From NCBI GenBank assembly GCA_001004665.1, contig LCRO01000005.1:1-37079 (forward strand): 37,079 nucleotides of DNA, read 5' to 3'. Source of the stretch: Candidatus Adlerbacteria bacterium GW2011_GWA1_54_10 (GTDB lineage Bacteria; Patescibacteriota; Minisyncoccia; Phycocordibacterales; SBAW01). Positions 19,370 to 27,263 of the stretch are shown one piece after another. The first letter of the stretch is position 1, and every line of letters starts with the position of its first letter. The notes beneath the pieces are model-generated. The model saw nothing but the letters and a program-made list of their open reading frames with translations. It had not been told where the DNA came from and did not search any database. The position numbers were made by a program, and so were the translations under genes.

Positions 19370-20434
19370 TTAAAGGAGCCTCTCCAAAAGCTTCGGATTA
19401 AGCGAACGGCTGTAGGCTGACTCGACGGATATCTGCCCCGTGCGCACCAGCTCCGAAAGAGAGCGGTTAAGGTCCACCATCCCCTCCTCAGCGCCGGTCT
19501 CTATAAGGGTCTGTATCTCGTGAGTGCGCTTTTCCCGTATCAGGTTCGCTACGGCGGTGGTATTGAACATAAGCTCGTAAGCCGGTACCAACCCGCCGGA
19601 TATGCGAGGTAAAAGCCGTTGGCTGAATATCCCCGCCAAGGACCCCGCGAGCTGGACCCGTATTTGGTCCTGCTGGAGAGCCGGAAATGAGTCTATGATG
19701 CGGTCTATGGTCTGCACCGCGTTGTTGGTATGGAGCGTCGAGAATACCAGATGTCCCGTCTCGGCCGCGGTCACCGCCGCGGCCATTGTCTCCGGCGTGC
19801 GCATCTCGCCTATCATTAAAACGTTCACGTCCTGCCTGAAGACGCTTTGCAGGGCGCTCATAAAGTCGCGCGTGTCGGTGCGCACCTCACGCTGGTCTAT
19901 CAGCGATTTTTTGTTCTCGAAAAGATACTCTATCGGGTCCTCGATCGTTATTATATGCTCGGCGCGCTCGTTGTTTATTTTTTCTATAAGCGCGGCCAAG
20001 GTAGTGGTCTTGCCCTGCCCCACGGGTCCGACGACGAGAAAGAACCCCTGCTCTTTTGCGGCAAAATTTTCTATCTGATCCGGCAAGTTAAGCTCCGCCA
20101 CCCCGCGTATGGCGCGGGGAATAAGCCGGAGGGCAACGCCGATGCGTCCGCGCTCGATGTAACTGTTGCCGCGGAATCGCCCCGCGTCGTTCGCGCTGTA
20201 GGAAAAATCTATCTCTTGCGACTCCTCAAAGCGTTTTTTCTGCACGGGAGTGAGTAACACTTCAAGCGTCCCCAGCATGTCCTCGCGAGTAAGAATATTT
20301 TCCTGAAGAAGCGGCGTGAGAACCCCAGAAACGCGCACCAAGGGCCTTGCGCCCTCGCGCAAGTGCAGATCGGATGCGCCTTGAGCTATAGCTGTCCCCG
20401 CCAGATCGGGCAATTTTTTTGCGTAATCACTCAT
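19370..20434 (-). CDS. pilT: Type IV pilus retraction ATPase (PilT/PilU family)
   Basis: 354 aa with ASDLHL, a Walker A-like GPVGQGKTT, ITIEDPIEY, an Asp box/Walker B (MIGEMR) and a His box (GHLVFSTLHTN). Confidence 0.9.
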   Translation of the reverse strand: MSDYAKKLPDLAGTAIAQGASDLHLREGARPLVRVSGVLTPLLQENILTREDMLGTLEVLLTPVQKKRFEESQEIDFSYSANDAGRFRGNSYIERGRIGVALRLIPRAIRGVAELNLPDQIENFAAKEQGFFLVVGPVGQGKTTTLAALIEKINNERAEHIITIEDPIEYLFENKKSLIDQREVRTDTRDFMSALQSVFRQDVNVLMIGEMRTPETMAAAVTAAETGHLVFSTLHTNNAVQTIDRIIDSFPALQQDQIRVQLAGSLAGIFSQRLLPRISGGLVPAYELMFNTTAVANLIREKRTHEIQTLIETGAEEGMVDLNRSLSELVRTGQISVESAYSRSLNPKLLERLL

Positions 20435-22293
20435 ACTTCTTCTGCTTTCGTTTTTTCTGCACCTTCCGCTTTGGGTTTTTCCTCACCATCATCCGAGATC
20501 TCGGTTGTCTCTTGTTTTGATATAGGCGGAGCGGCATCGTCAAGCTCGAACTCCCCGCCCAAAGTGTTGACCTCCTCAAACGGCACAAGTCCGGTTGCGG
20601 ATTTAATGATAGCATCCTCCTTCATCGTCAGCATGCCGCCCCTGCGCACGATGGCGAAGAGATCCTCCTCGGGCTTCCCCGCCAAAATAGTGCGCTCGAG
20701 CTCCTGCGTCATGTCAAAGGCCTCGAAGCACGCCACGCGCCCCTCCGTCCCGCTTGGACACTCCGGAGTAGGCTCCATGCGATGCACGTACTCGAGCGAC
20801 GGAATATTTTTTTGATACTCTTTGGGCAGGTCCGAGAACTGCTCCCTCAGCATCGCCTCCATCGAACCCTCAACCTTTATTTTCTTCCCGCCACCCGGGC
20901 AAAGCGTGCGCACAAGCCGCTGTGCGACGCCTAAAATCAAGACCGGAGGAATAAGATAAGGTTCGACGCCCATATCAAGGAGCCGCGGCACTATGCCGAT
21001 AGCATTGTTGGTGTGTATCGTTGAGAGCACGAGGTGGCCGGTCAGCGCCGCCTGCACGGCAAGATTCGCCGTTTCGCTGTCGCGGATCTCGCCGACCATT
21101 ATGATGTTCGGGTCCTGCCGCAATGTAGTACGCAGGCCGTTGGCGAAAGAGTACCCTATTTCGGGCCGCACCTGGCTTTGCGAAACGCCGGCTATGGTGT
21201 ACTCGACCGGATCCTCCAGCGAAAGAACGTTTTGCCGATCACGGTCCACCTCGTTTAAAAGAGTGTATAGCGTCGTAGACTTGCCGGATCCCGTGGGCCC
21301 TGAAATGAGTACCATTCCATACGGTTTTTTTATTGCGGCGCGAATTAAAGCGAGATTGCGGTCCGAAAGGCCGAGGCCATCAAGCTTCCAGTCCTTGGTC
21401 TGACTTCCTAAAATGCGCATCACCACCTTCTCGCCCCAGTAGGTCGGGAATGTCGAGACGCGCAGGTCTATCTTCGAGCCGCCAACACGGGCGGAAAAGC
21501 GCCCATCCTGCGGCTTGCGCTTCTCGTCGAGGCGCATGTTGGAGAGCACCTTTATACGCGCCACAACGGCCGCATGCACCTTTTGCGGCAGGGTGATGTT
21601 GGTGAGCAGAACTCCGTCAATGCGGAAGCGCACCCGCGTCTGGTCCGCCATAGGCTCTACATGGATGTCGGACGCGCGTCCTTCGGCCGCATGCCGGAGA
21701 ATAGTAGCCACTATCTTGGTGACCGGCGCTTCCTCGCTTATTGTCTCGGTCTCTGCTATCTCGTCTTCGAGAAGTTTGGAGATTTTTTTATCCTCCTTTC
21801 CGCCGCCTTTTGAGGACTCCATGATAAGCTCGGTCTCGAGTTCCGTAAGAGCCTTTCCTACCTCGCCGGAGAGGCCTTTATACTGCGTAAGGAGCCGGTT
21901 GAAATCAGTTTCCGATATAAGGAATAGCTTGTACGGCACTCCTATTTTCGCGGAGATGAAGGTGAGCGCGTCGCGCGCCTCGAGATTGTCCGGGTCGAGC
22001 ACGCCGACTTCCAGCACGCCGTCTTTAATGGCAAGCGGTACGAGCTTGTAGTGGCGCGCGGACTCCTCGGGTATGTATCGCAAGGTGTCGAATGGGACCG
22101 GATTCTCGCCTATTTCCCGCGCGGGCACGCCAAAATACTCGCTCTTTGCTTTGAGAATGTCGGGGAGCGCGACGCCGTTTTTCTGCAGGACCGCTTCTTC
22201 CGAAGCGTCCGGCTTTTGCAATTCCTTTTCTATTTGCGCCGCGCGTTCCCCGTCGAGCACTTTTTCCTTGACCAAAAGCGAAAGTATATCCAT
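20431..22293 (-). CDS. pilB: Type IV pilus assembly ATPase (GspE/PilB family) with an acidic C-terminal tail
   Basis: GSPII_E N-terminal domain, Walker A GPTGSGKSTT, LEDPVEY, MVGEIRD and GHLVLSTIHTN. The C-terminal tail is about 40 aa and E/K/D-rich. Confidence 0.93.
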   Translation of the reverse strand: MDILSLLVKEKVLDGERAAQIEKELQKPDASEEAVLQKNGVALPDILKAKSEYFGVPAREIGENPVPFDTLRYIPEESARHYKLVPLAIKDGVLEVGVLDPDNLEARDALTFISAKIGVPYKLFLISETDFNRLLTQYKGLSGEVGKALTELETELIMESSKGGGKEDKKISKLLEDEIAETETISEEAPVTKIVATILRHAAEGRASDIHVEPMADQTRVRFRIDGVLLTNITLPQKVHAAVVARIKVLSNMRLDEKRKPQDGRFSARVGGSKIDLRVSTFPTYWGEKVVMRILGSQTKDWKLDGLGLSDRNLALIRAAIKKPYGMVLISGPTGSGKSTTLYTLLNEVDRDRQNVLSLEDPVEYTIAGVSQSQVRPEIGYSFANGLRTTLRQDPNIIMVGEIRDSETANLAVQAALTGHLVLSTIHTNNAIGIVPRLLDMGVEPYLIPPVLILGVAQRLVRTLCPGGGKKIKVEGSMEAMLREQFSDLPKEYQKNIPSLEYVHRMEPTPECPSGTEGRVACFEAFDMTQELERTILAGKPEEDLFAIVRRGGMLTMKEDAIIKSATGLVPFEEVNTLGGEFELDDAAPPISKQETTEISDDGEEKPKAEGAEKTKAEEV

Positions 22294-22303
22294 GTTGCCA
22301 TGT

Positions 22304-22600
22304 TCAGCGCCCTATTGGCGCAAATGGGTTGCGCCTGCCGACGCTCTCCTGCGGTATTGACGTGGACGAGTCGACGAGAGAGGTAAAGATCGGGTCCTCG
22401 AAAAGCGACGGGTCAAGCACTATTTGCCGCAGGTTGCCCAGGGTCAACAATATTTCCTGCGAGGCGGGCGAAGGCGCTTGGGGTATGCTTAGGAGCGGTC
22501 CCGCATCCGAGGATGCGTACCAAAAGTATCCGAGCGCGATTACGGCGGCTATCACGCCCCACTGGATTATCTTGCTGTTTTTAAGCGCGCTTAGTCCCAT
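22304..22600 (-). CDS. Small membrane-anchored hypothetical protein in the pilMNO operon
   Basis: One TM helix (IQWGVIAAVIALGYFWY). It sits between the pilO-like gene and pilB. No family recognised. Confidence 0.45.
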   Translation of the reverse strand: MGLSALKNSKIIQWGVIAAVIALGYFWYASSDAGPLLSIPQAPSPASQEILLTLGNLRQIVLDPSLFEDPIFTSLVDSSTSIPQESVGRRNPFAPIGR

Positions 22601-22601
22601 G

Positions 22602-23150
22602 TTAGTGAAGCCAATACGTCCTTATGGTTACTTTGTAATCGCCCAGATCCCCATCCGGTTTTACGGATATCTTTTCGACGTCCACAAGCCGCAAACTGCT
22701 CTCGAGGTCCTGCATGAACGCCACAAAGTTGTCGTAGCCGGCGGTTACAGAGAACCCGAGTTCGACCGAGCCTATGGGATCCCCGGAAGAGCCCACCGCA
22801 AGAGCGGAGCGCTCGCCGCTACGGCCTCCCAAGTTGCCGATTTCCACGTTCTTGAGCGTAAGCGACCGCCGCGCCGCGATGTTGTTTATATCTATGATGA
22901 GCCGGATATTGTCCACGTTGTCGGGGAGCAGGTACTCAAGGCGGCGCTGGTTCTCATTGGAGAACGTGTTCCGTTTTTTTATGAGCTCGTCGCGCTTTTG
23001 GCGCAGTTCCTGCGATTTGTTAAGCGCGTCGTCATAGCTGGCGGCCTCCGCCGACAGAACTTTGACCTCTTGATAAGCCGGGTTGATATACATCACAAAG
23101 AGTCCTATGGCGAGGGCGACGAGCATTGCCGGTATAAGAAGCCGTGTCAT
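22602..23150 (-). CDS. PilO-like pilus assembly protein
   Basis: N-terminal TM helix, then a coiled-coil (EVKVLSAEAASYDDALNKSQELRQKRDELIKK), then an alpha/beta C-terminus. Its position follows the pilN-like gene. The call rests on architecture and context. Confidence 0.55.
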   Translation of the reverse strand: MTRLLIPAMLVALAIGLFVMYINPAYQEVKVLSAEAASYDDALNKSQELRQKRDELIKKRNTFSNENQRRLEYLLPDNVDNIRLIIDINNIAARRSLTLKNVEIGNLGGRSGERSALAVGSSGDPIGSVELGFSVTAGYDNFVAFMQDLESSLRLVDVEKISVKPDGDLGDYKVTIRTYWLH

Positions 23151-23815
23151 GGTGTTTGGTTTGAACTGGTCGCGGTTTGCGGTTGAGGTTGCGTTTGTTG
23201 CCGCGGTTGCTGATCGCCGGTCGTTTGTTGTTGATTGTTTGTTTGTTGTTTGCTCCCGTATCGCAACAGTGACGGATCAACTGCCGACTTAACCGCAAAG
23301 TTGACGCCTCCCTGCTCGCTTACCGCTATCCCGCTGAAGATTACGTCGCGCATGACCTTGCTCGCGGAGAGCTGATCGGACTGAAGCGCCAGCACGGAAA
23401 AGCTCGCCGCTCTGCCCTCAAGCGAAAGCGAGGCGGACCCGTCGGGATTGAGTGCGTACTCAAAGGAAGTAAACTGCACGCGCTCCAGAGTCTCGCGCTC
23501 AAGCAACCCAAAAATGGCCGACGGCGCCACGTGCGCGCGCAGTAACCCGCGACCCTCCGTAAGCCGCGCCTCCAGCCGCACAAGGTCGCGTATGGTGGCG
23601 GATTCGAAGGCTCCTTCGGCTTTTTTAAGGTCCGCGTCCTTGCCCTCGATGTCTATCTTTAGATAACGTCCGTAACCGAAGACCGCCCCGGCCGCAAGAA
23701 GAGAGACGACAAAAATGAAAAGCGCTATAATCATCAAAAGCCCCATGCTGGCGCCGCGCGGGCTTGCCGCAAGAGATGCCTTCGGAATAAAGGAGCCTTG
23801 GATTTGAGGATCCAT
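23147..23815 (-). CDS. PilN-like pilus assembly protein with a Q/T-rich C-terminal tail
   Basis: A short cytoplasmic N-terminus is followed by a TM helix (LLMIIALFIFVVSLLAAGAVF) and a periplasmic-type domain. It is directly downstream of pilM. The tail reads QQTNNQQQTTGDQQPRQQTQPQPQT. Confidence 0.55.
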   Translation of the reverse strand: MDPQIQGSFIPKASLAASPRGASMGLLMIIALFIFVVSLLAAGAVFGYGRYLKIDIEGKDADLKKAEGAFESATIRDLVRLEARLTEGRGLLRAHVAPSAIFGLLERETLERVQFTSFEYALNPDGSASLSLEGRAASFSVLALQSDQLSASKVMRDVIFSGIAVSEQGGVNFAVKSAVDPSLLRYGSKQQTNNQQQTTGDQQPRQQTQPQPQTATSSNQTP

Positions 23816-23865
23816 CTCTTTAAGTATATATTCGATTTTTTTGCAACCTGGCGTTTTTCAACAAT

Positions 23866-24936
23866 TTAAGCCTCCTGCAAAGCGCGGAGCGCCAAGCCCA
23901 CGGCAACGCTGAACTCCGGACCTGCATCCTTGAGTATAGCCTCAAGGAACGCGGGCGCCTGCGTTTTGCCGAACGGGTCCGCAAGCCGTATCTCGTTCTG
24001 CATTTTACTCTGCATAAATTCCTTAAGCCCGCGCAAGGTCGCGCCGCCGCCGGTAAGAACGATCGCCCCGAGGCTCGCGTTGTTGCGCTGTTCAAAGGAA
24101 ACGGCCGTGCGCGCCATCTCCGAGACAAGAGGCGAGAGGCTAATCTCCAGCGAGTTGCGGAAGCCCGCGGAGCCGTTTTCCATAAGACCCGTCTTGCGCT
24201 TGCGTTCCTCGGCCTGCACGACGGATATGCCGAGGGAGCGCGAGGCGGCAAGGGTCAGATCCTGAGCGCCCTGGCTTAAAATGTGGCTCTCTCGGATAAG
24301 CCCGCGCTCGACCACGTAGAACTTTGTAGTCGCGGCGCCCATATCGACAACGGCGACGGGCGCGACCCCACGCTCGAGCGCGGCGCGAACCGCGGAAAAT
24401 ACCTCTATCTCGAAGAATTCCACCGCAAGCGCGGCATCCGAGGCGATGTTTTTGAATTTGGAAATGGTGTCGTTATGGATGGCGACAAGGAGCACTTCTA
24501 TCTTGTCCTCTTTTTTTTGCGAGCCTCCGGAAACTGGGAACCAATCGAGCAGAACTTCATTAATAGGCACCGGTATGTACTTGCGCGCCTCTATCGGCAC
24601 GACTTGTGCGAGGTCCTTCTCCACGGCCGAGGGGAGCTTGATAAGCGAGATGAGCGACGAGCTATACGGTATGGAGACCGCGGCGTTTGCCGTTGTCACG
24701 TTTGCCTCGCGGATAACATCCTTAAGCGCTTCTGCGATTTTTTCCGCCGGCAGGGATGTAGCGCGGCCTATCTCGACGCCGGCATAAGGCCCGAGCGCGA
24801 TAGCGCCATAGGTCTCGAGTACGACCGAGCCGCGCTCTTTGCGAAGCTGCACGACCTTGACGGCCGAGGTACCTATGTCCACCCCTAGTACGCTTTTAGA
24901 CTCTTTCTTGAACAGATCAGAGAAAAAAGAAGTCAC
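23866..24936 (-). CDS. pilM: Type IV pilus assembly ATPase-fold protein PilM (actin-like)
   Basis: VLGVDIGTSAVKVVQL phosphate-1 motif, VVDMGAATT and LTGGGA motifs, 356 aa, GTG start. Confidence 0.85.
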   Translation of the reverse strand: MTSFFSDLFKKESKSVLGVDIGTSAVKVVQLRKERGSVVLETYGAIALGPYAGVEIGRATSLPAEKIAEALKDVIREANVTTANAAVSIPYSSSLISLIKLPSAVEKDLAQVVPIEARKYIPVPINEVLLDWFPVSGGSQKKEDKIEVLLVAIHNDTISKFKNIASDAALAVEFFEIEVFSAVRAALERGVAPVAVVDMGAATTKFYVVERGLIRESHILSQGAQDLTLAASRSLGISVVQAEERKRKTGLMENGSAGFRNSLEISLSPLVSEMARTAVSFEQRNNASLGAIVLTGGGATLRGLKEFMQSKMQNEIRLADPFGKTQAPAFLEAILKDAGPEFSVAVGLALRALQEA

Positions 24937-24954
24937 GATACTATATATATTAAC
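24937..24954. promoter_or_regulatory. 18-nt AT-rich spacer (GATACTATATATATTAAC) between the divergent pilM and comF start codons; candidate shared -10 region
   Basis: It is the only noncoding DNA between the two start codons. The TATATA/TATAGT hexamers lie 4-8 nt from each start, and there is no room for an SD. Confidence 0.3.
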
Positions 24955-25701
24955 ATGCTTGGAGCTTTGGTTTCGGGCTTTGCAGACTTTTTGGTGCCAC
25001 CGCGGCGCACGGAGAAGCTCGTTCGCTCTCTAACCATTGACGCGCTCCGAGACCTTTATATCGGAACACCGTCCCGGGATATCGCTCTTCTGCCTTACCA
25101 TGACCCACGGGTCACGGCGCTAATTTGGGAGATCAAATATTACGGCAACAACCGCGCCGCCGCGCTTGCGGGAGAAATCCTTGGGGAAGAGCTCCTCGCC
25201 ATCGCGGGCGAGGAGCTGGGCAAGCCGCTTTTAGTGCCGGTACCGATGCACAGCGCGCGGCGGCGCGAGCGCGGGCATAATCAGACGGAACTGCTGTGCG
25301 AAACCGCAATGCGAAATTTAAATTCCTCCTTTGAGTACGCGCCGCACGCGCTTATGCGCGTGCGGGCGACGCCGCGACAGCAGGGACTCGAGAGGACGAA
25401 GCGGCTGAAAAATATAAAGGGGGCGATGGCCGTTGCTCGCCCTGAGCTTGTCGAGGGGCGCGTCTGCGTCGTCGTTGATGACGTAATGACAACGGGCGCG
25501 ACGCTCGATGAGGTGCGGCGGTCATATCGTCCACTTCGCGCTTTGACGGTATCGGCTCTCCGGAGTGCTTTTCCTCAAAGTGCGCTCCTATCGCGCCTTT
25601 ATCCATCATGTTTCGGAATTTTGAGACCGCCTCATCGCGGCTCTCGGCGTCGGTTGTCATCGTGTCCCCGCACGTGCATATCATTGAATACGTCTGTGTA
25701 A
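24955..25701 (+). CDS. comF: ComF-family phosphoribosyltransferase-fold protein (ComFC-like); the 3' end is doubtful
   Basis: VPVPMHSARRRERGHNQTE and the PRPP loop VCVVVDDVMTTGATL are present. After about 25518 the frame becomes S/R/L/P-rich and is antisense to a protein-like small ORF. No stop codon occurs until 25701. Confidence 0.7.
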   Translation: MLGALVSGFADFLVPPRRTEKLVRSLTIDALRDLYIGTPSRDIALLPYHDPRVTALIWEIKYYGNNRAAALAGEILGEELLAIAGEELGKPLLVPVPMHSARRRERGHNQTELLCETAMRNLNSSFEYAPHALMRVRATPRQQGLERTKRLKNIKGAMAVARPELVEGRVCVVVDDVMTTGATLDEVRRSYRPLRALTVSALRSAFPQSALLSRLYPSCFGILRPPHRGSRRRLSSCPRTCISLNTSV

Positions 25702-25711
25702 TGGTTTCCAT
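25352..25711 (-). CDS. Small hypothetical protein (about the first 63 aa look genuine); the 3' end is doubtful
   Basis: METITQTYSMICTCGDTMTTDAESRDEAVSKFRNMMDKGAIGAHFEEKHSGEPIPSKREVDDM has balanced composition. Downstream of about 25523 the frame is R/P/S/A-rich and antisense to the comF catalytic core. Confidence 0.4.
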   Translation of the reverse strand: METITQTYSMICTCGDTMTTDAESRDEAVSKFRNMMDKGAIGAHFEEKHSGEPIPSKREVDDMTAAPHRASRPLSLRHQRRRRRAPRQAQGEQRPSPPLYFSAASSSRVPAVAASPARA

Positions 25712-25854
25712 GTTTTTTTGGGTTAGTCGCGGCTAATATAGAGAAGTGTATGAGCCGTACGATGAAATTATGAGGAAGCTACTACTGACGTTCCGGCTTT
25801 CGCCCAGAAGGTCTATTAGGATTTCCCTTATCCACAGATAACGATAAATACATA

Positions 25855-25882
25855 TTGACAAACGATAAGCTCTAATTAAGAT
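25855..25882 (+). promoter_or_regulatory. Candidate sigma70-type promoter for the DUF2975/XRE operon
   Basis: TTGACA (25855-25860), a 16-nt spacer, then TAAGAT (25877-25882), about 29 nt upstream of the ATG at 25911. This is a sequence match only. Confidence 0.3.
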
Positions 25883-25910
25883 GGAAATATAAAAATTATA
25901 AGCATCACCC

Positions 25911-26390
25911 ATGAAAAGAGGCTCAACAACATTTCTTCAAATAGTTATTGTGCTCATCGGCATTGTGGCGTTGGCCATCATGATCCGGTTCCCCTTGACC
26001 GAGGGGAGAGCCGCGAACTTAGACCTGTTTAGTATTTACTCTGATCCGTTCATCTTGTATGGGTACTTAGCGTCTATCGCATTTTTTGTTGCCCTGTATC
26101 AGGCGTTTAAATTACTCGGATATATCGGGCAAAATAAAGTATTCTCACTAGACTCTGTAAAGGCTTTAAGGACTATAAAATATTGTGCAATCGTCCTCGG
26201 CATCTTAATTGTGATGGCAGGACTATACATAAGGATATTTCATGCTGGAGATGACGATCCGGCGGGTTTTCTTGCCGTGTGTATTGTGACTACTTTTGTT
26301 TCTATCGTCATCGCCACTGCCACGGCTGTATTCGAGAAGCTCTTACAAACTGCCGTAGAGATGAAGTCGGAAAATGATTTAACGGTTTAA
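25911..26390 (+). CDS. DUF2975-like four-TM membrane protein
   Basis: Four hydrophobic helices, about 159 aa, followed by a 67-aa YozG-type HTH gene. This gene pairing is characteristic of DUF2975 loci. The family was recalled from memory, not searched. Confidence 0.6.
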   Translation: MKRGSTTFLQIVIVLIGIVALAIMIRFPLTEGRAANLDLFSIYSDPFILYGYLASIAFFVALYQAFKLLGYIGQNKVFSLDSVKALRTIKYCAIVLGILIVMAGLYIRIFHAGDDDPAGFLAVCIVTTFVSIVIATATAVFEKLLQTAVEMKSENDLTV

Positions 26391-26399
26391 AAAAATAAT

Positions 26400-26603
26400 A
26401 TGGCAATAATAATTAACATAGACGTGATGCTGGCAAAAAGAAAAATGAGCGTCACCGAGCTTGCCGAGAAAGTCGGAATCACCATGGCCAATATTTCCGT
26501 GTTGAAAAACGGCAAGGCAAAAGCGATCCGGTTATCGACCTTGGAGACGATTTGTAAGGCGTTGGAGTGTCAGCCCGGTGATATTTTAGAATATAAAAAG
26601 TAA
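26400..26603 (+). CDS. XRE/Cro-C1 family small HTH transcriptional regulator (YozG-like)
   Basis: MAIIINIDVMLAKRKMSVTELAEKVGITMANISVLKNGKAKAIRLSTLETICKALECQPGDILEY is a near-textbook example of this 67-aa family. Confidence 0.85.
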   Translation: MAIIINIDVMLAKRKMSVTELAEKVGITMANISVLKNGKAKAIRLSTLETICKALECQPGDILEYKK

Positions 26604-26645
26604 GAACAGGTGTTTGTCGGGCTCAAAAAGCCTTGCAGTTGCTGC

Positions 26646-26669
26646 GGTTCAAAGTTGGAAATCTGGCGG
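26646..26669 (+). repeat. Direct repeat copy A (GGTTCAAAGTTGGAAATCTGGCGG)
   Basis: Identical 24-mer to 28779-28802. Confidence 0.95.
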
Positions 26670-26846
26670 GCACGATCTCCGGAACTTTGAACCGAGGAAG
26701 TGGCTCAAATTCGAGGATCTTGATAAAAGTATACAGGAACTAAGAGCTATCTACAAAGTTCACCCTGAATGGTTTGAAGTGCCGAAACCAAAATCGAATA
26801 AAGGACAAAATGTAGCGGATTATCCAATAGATTAAAATTTTAATAA

Positions 26847-27254
26847 CTAATTTGCTGGTTCAAATCCTATAACGGAACTTCTTTTTAATTTGTATTTTTC
26901 AAATAGTTTATTATTTAAAAAATTGCTAACTATATATGCATTATGTATTTCTTTCATCAAATCATCGCGTAATTTGTCAATCTCATTTTGAGAAAGGCCT
27001 TTTCTTTTAAAAATGTCGTGAGCAAGTTTATTTCTTATCTTTCTTATATTATTAAATACACAAAATTCCGAGGAATTTATTTTTTGTGAGCAAAGCAGAA
27101 ATTTGTTTGCTGAATCGAATTTATCCATTCCGCTCTCATTTGCTAAAATACCCTCAATAATTGAAGAGTGGACAAAAACATTGCGATAACTACTTTTTAA
27201 GTATTTACCAAATTGTTGTTTAACCCAATCTTGGTGGCTTAAATTTTTAGCCAT
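26847..27254 (-). CDS. Small HEPN-motif protein (R-x4-H: IRNKLAHD)
   Basis: 135 aa, all-helical in appearance and AT-rich in codon usage. NNIRKIRNKLAHDIF carries the R-x4-H motif of HEPN RNase domains. No adjacent MNT or antitoxin-like ORF is visible. Confidence 0.5.
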   Translation of the reverse strand: MAKNLSHQDWVKQQFGKYLKSSYRNVFVHSSIIEGILANESGMDKFDSANKFLLCSQKINSSEFCVFNNIRKIRNKLAHDIFKRKGLSQNEIDKLRDDLMKEIHNAYIVSNFLNNKLFEKYKLKRSSVIGFEPAN

Positions 27255-27263
27255 ATTTTATTA

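Noticed and set aside
22329-23186. 285-aa plus-strand ORF across the pilO-like region
   Set aside because: It is antisense to the co-linear pilus assembly genes. It fits no operon logic and its composition is poor.
25828-25836. A perfect DnaA box, TTATCCACA
   Set aside because: It is a single isolated box in an accessory AT-rich leader. There is no cluster of boxes and no dnaA or dnaN nearby. The two TTATCCGC words at 34606-34613 and 34718-34725 are imperfect and lie in GC-rich DNA. None of this is evidence for oriC.
26614-26835. 73-aa TTG-start ORF spanning direct-repeat copy A
   Set aside because: It has no ATG and no SD, and it straddles the cassette boundary, so it would be chimeric. 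Its N-terminal half is encoded by the repeat and flank. It may be a gene remnant, so it is not called as a CDS.
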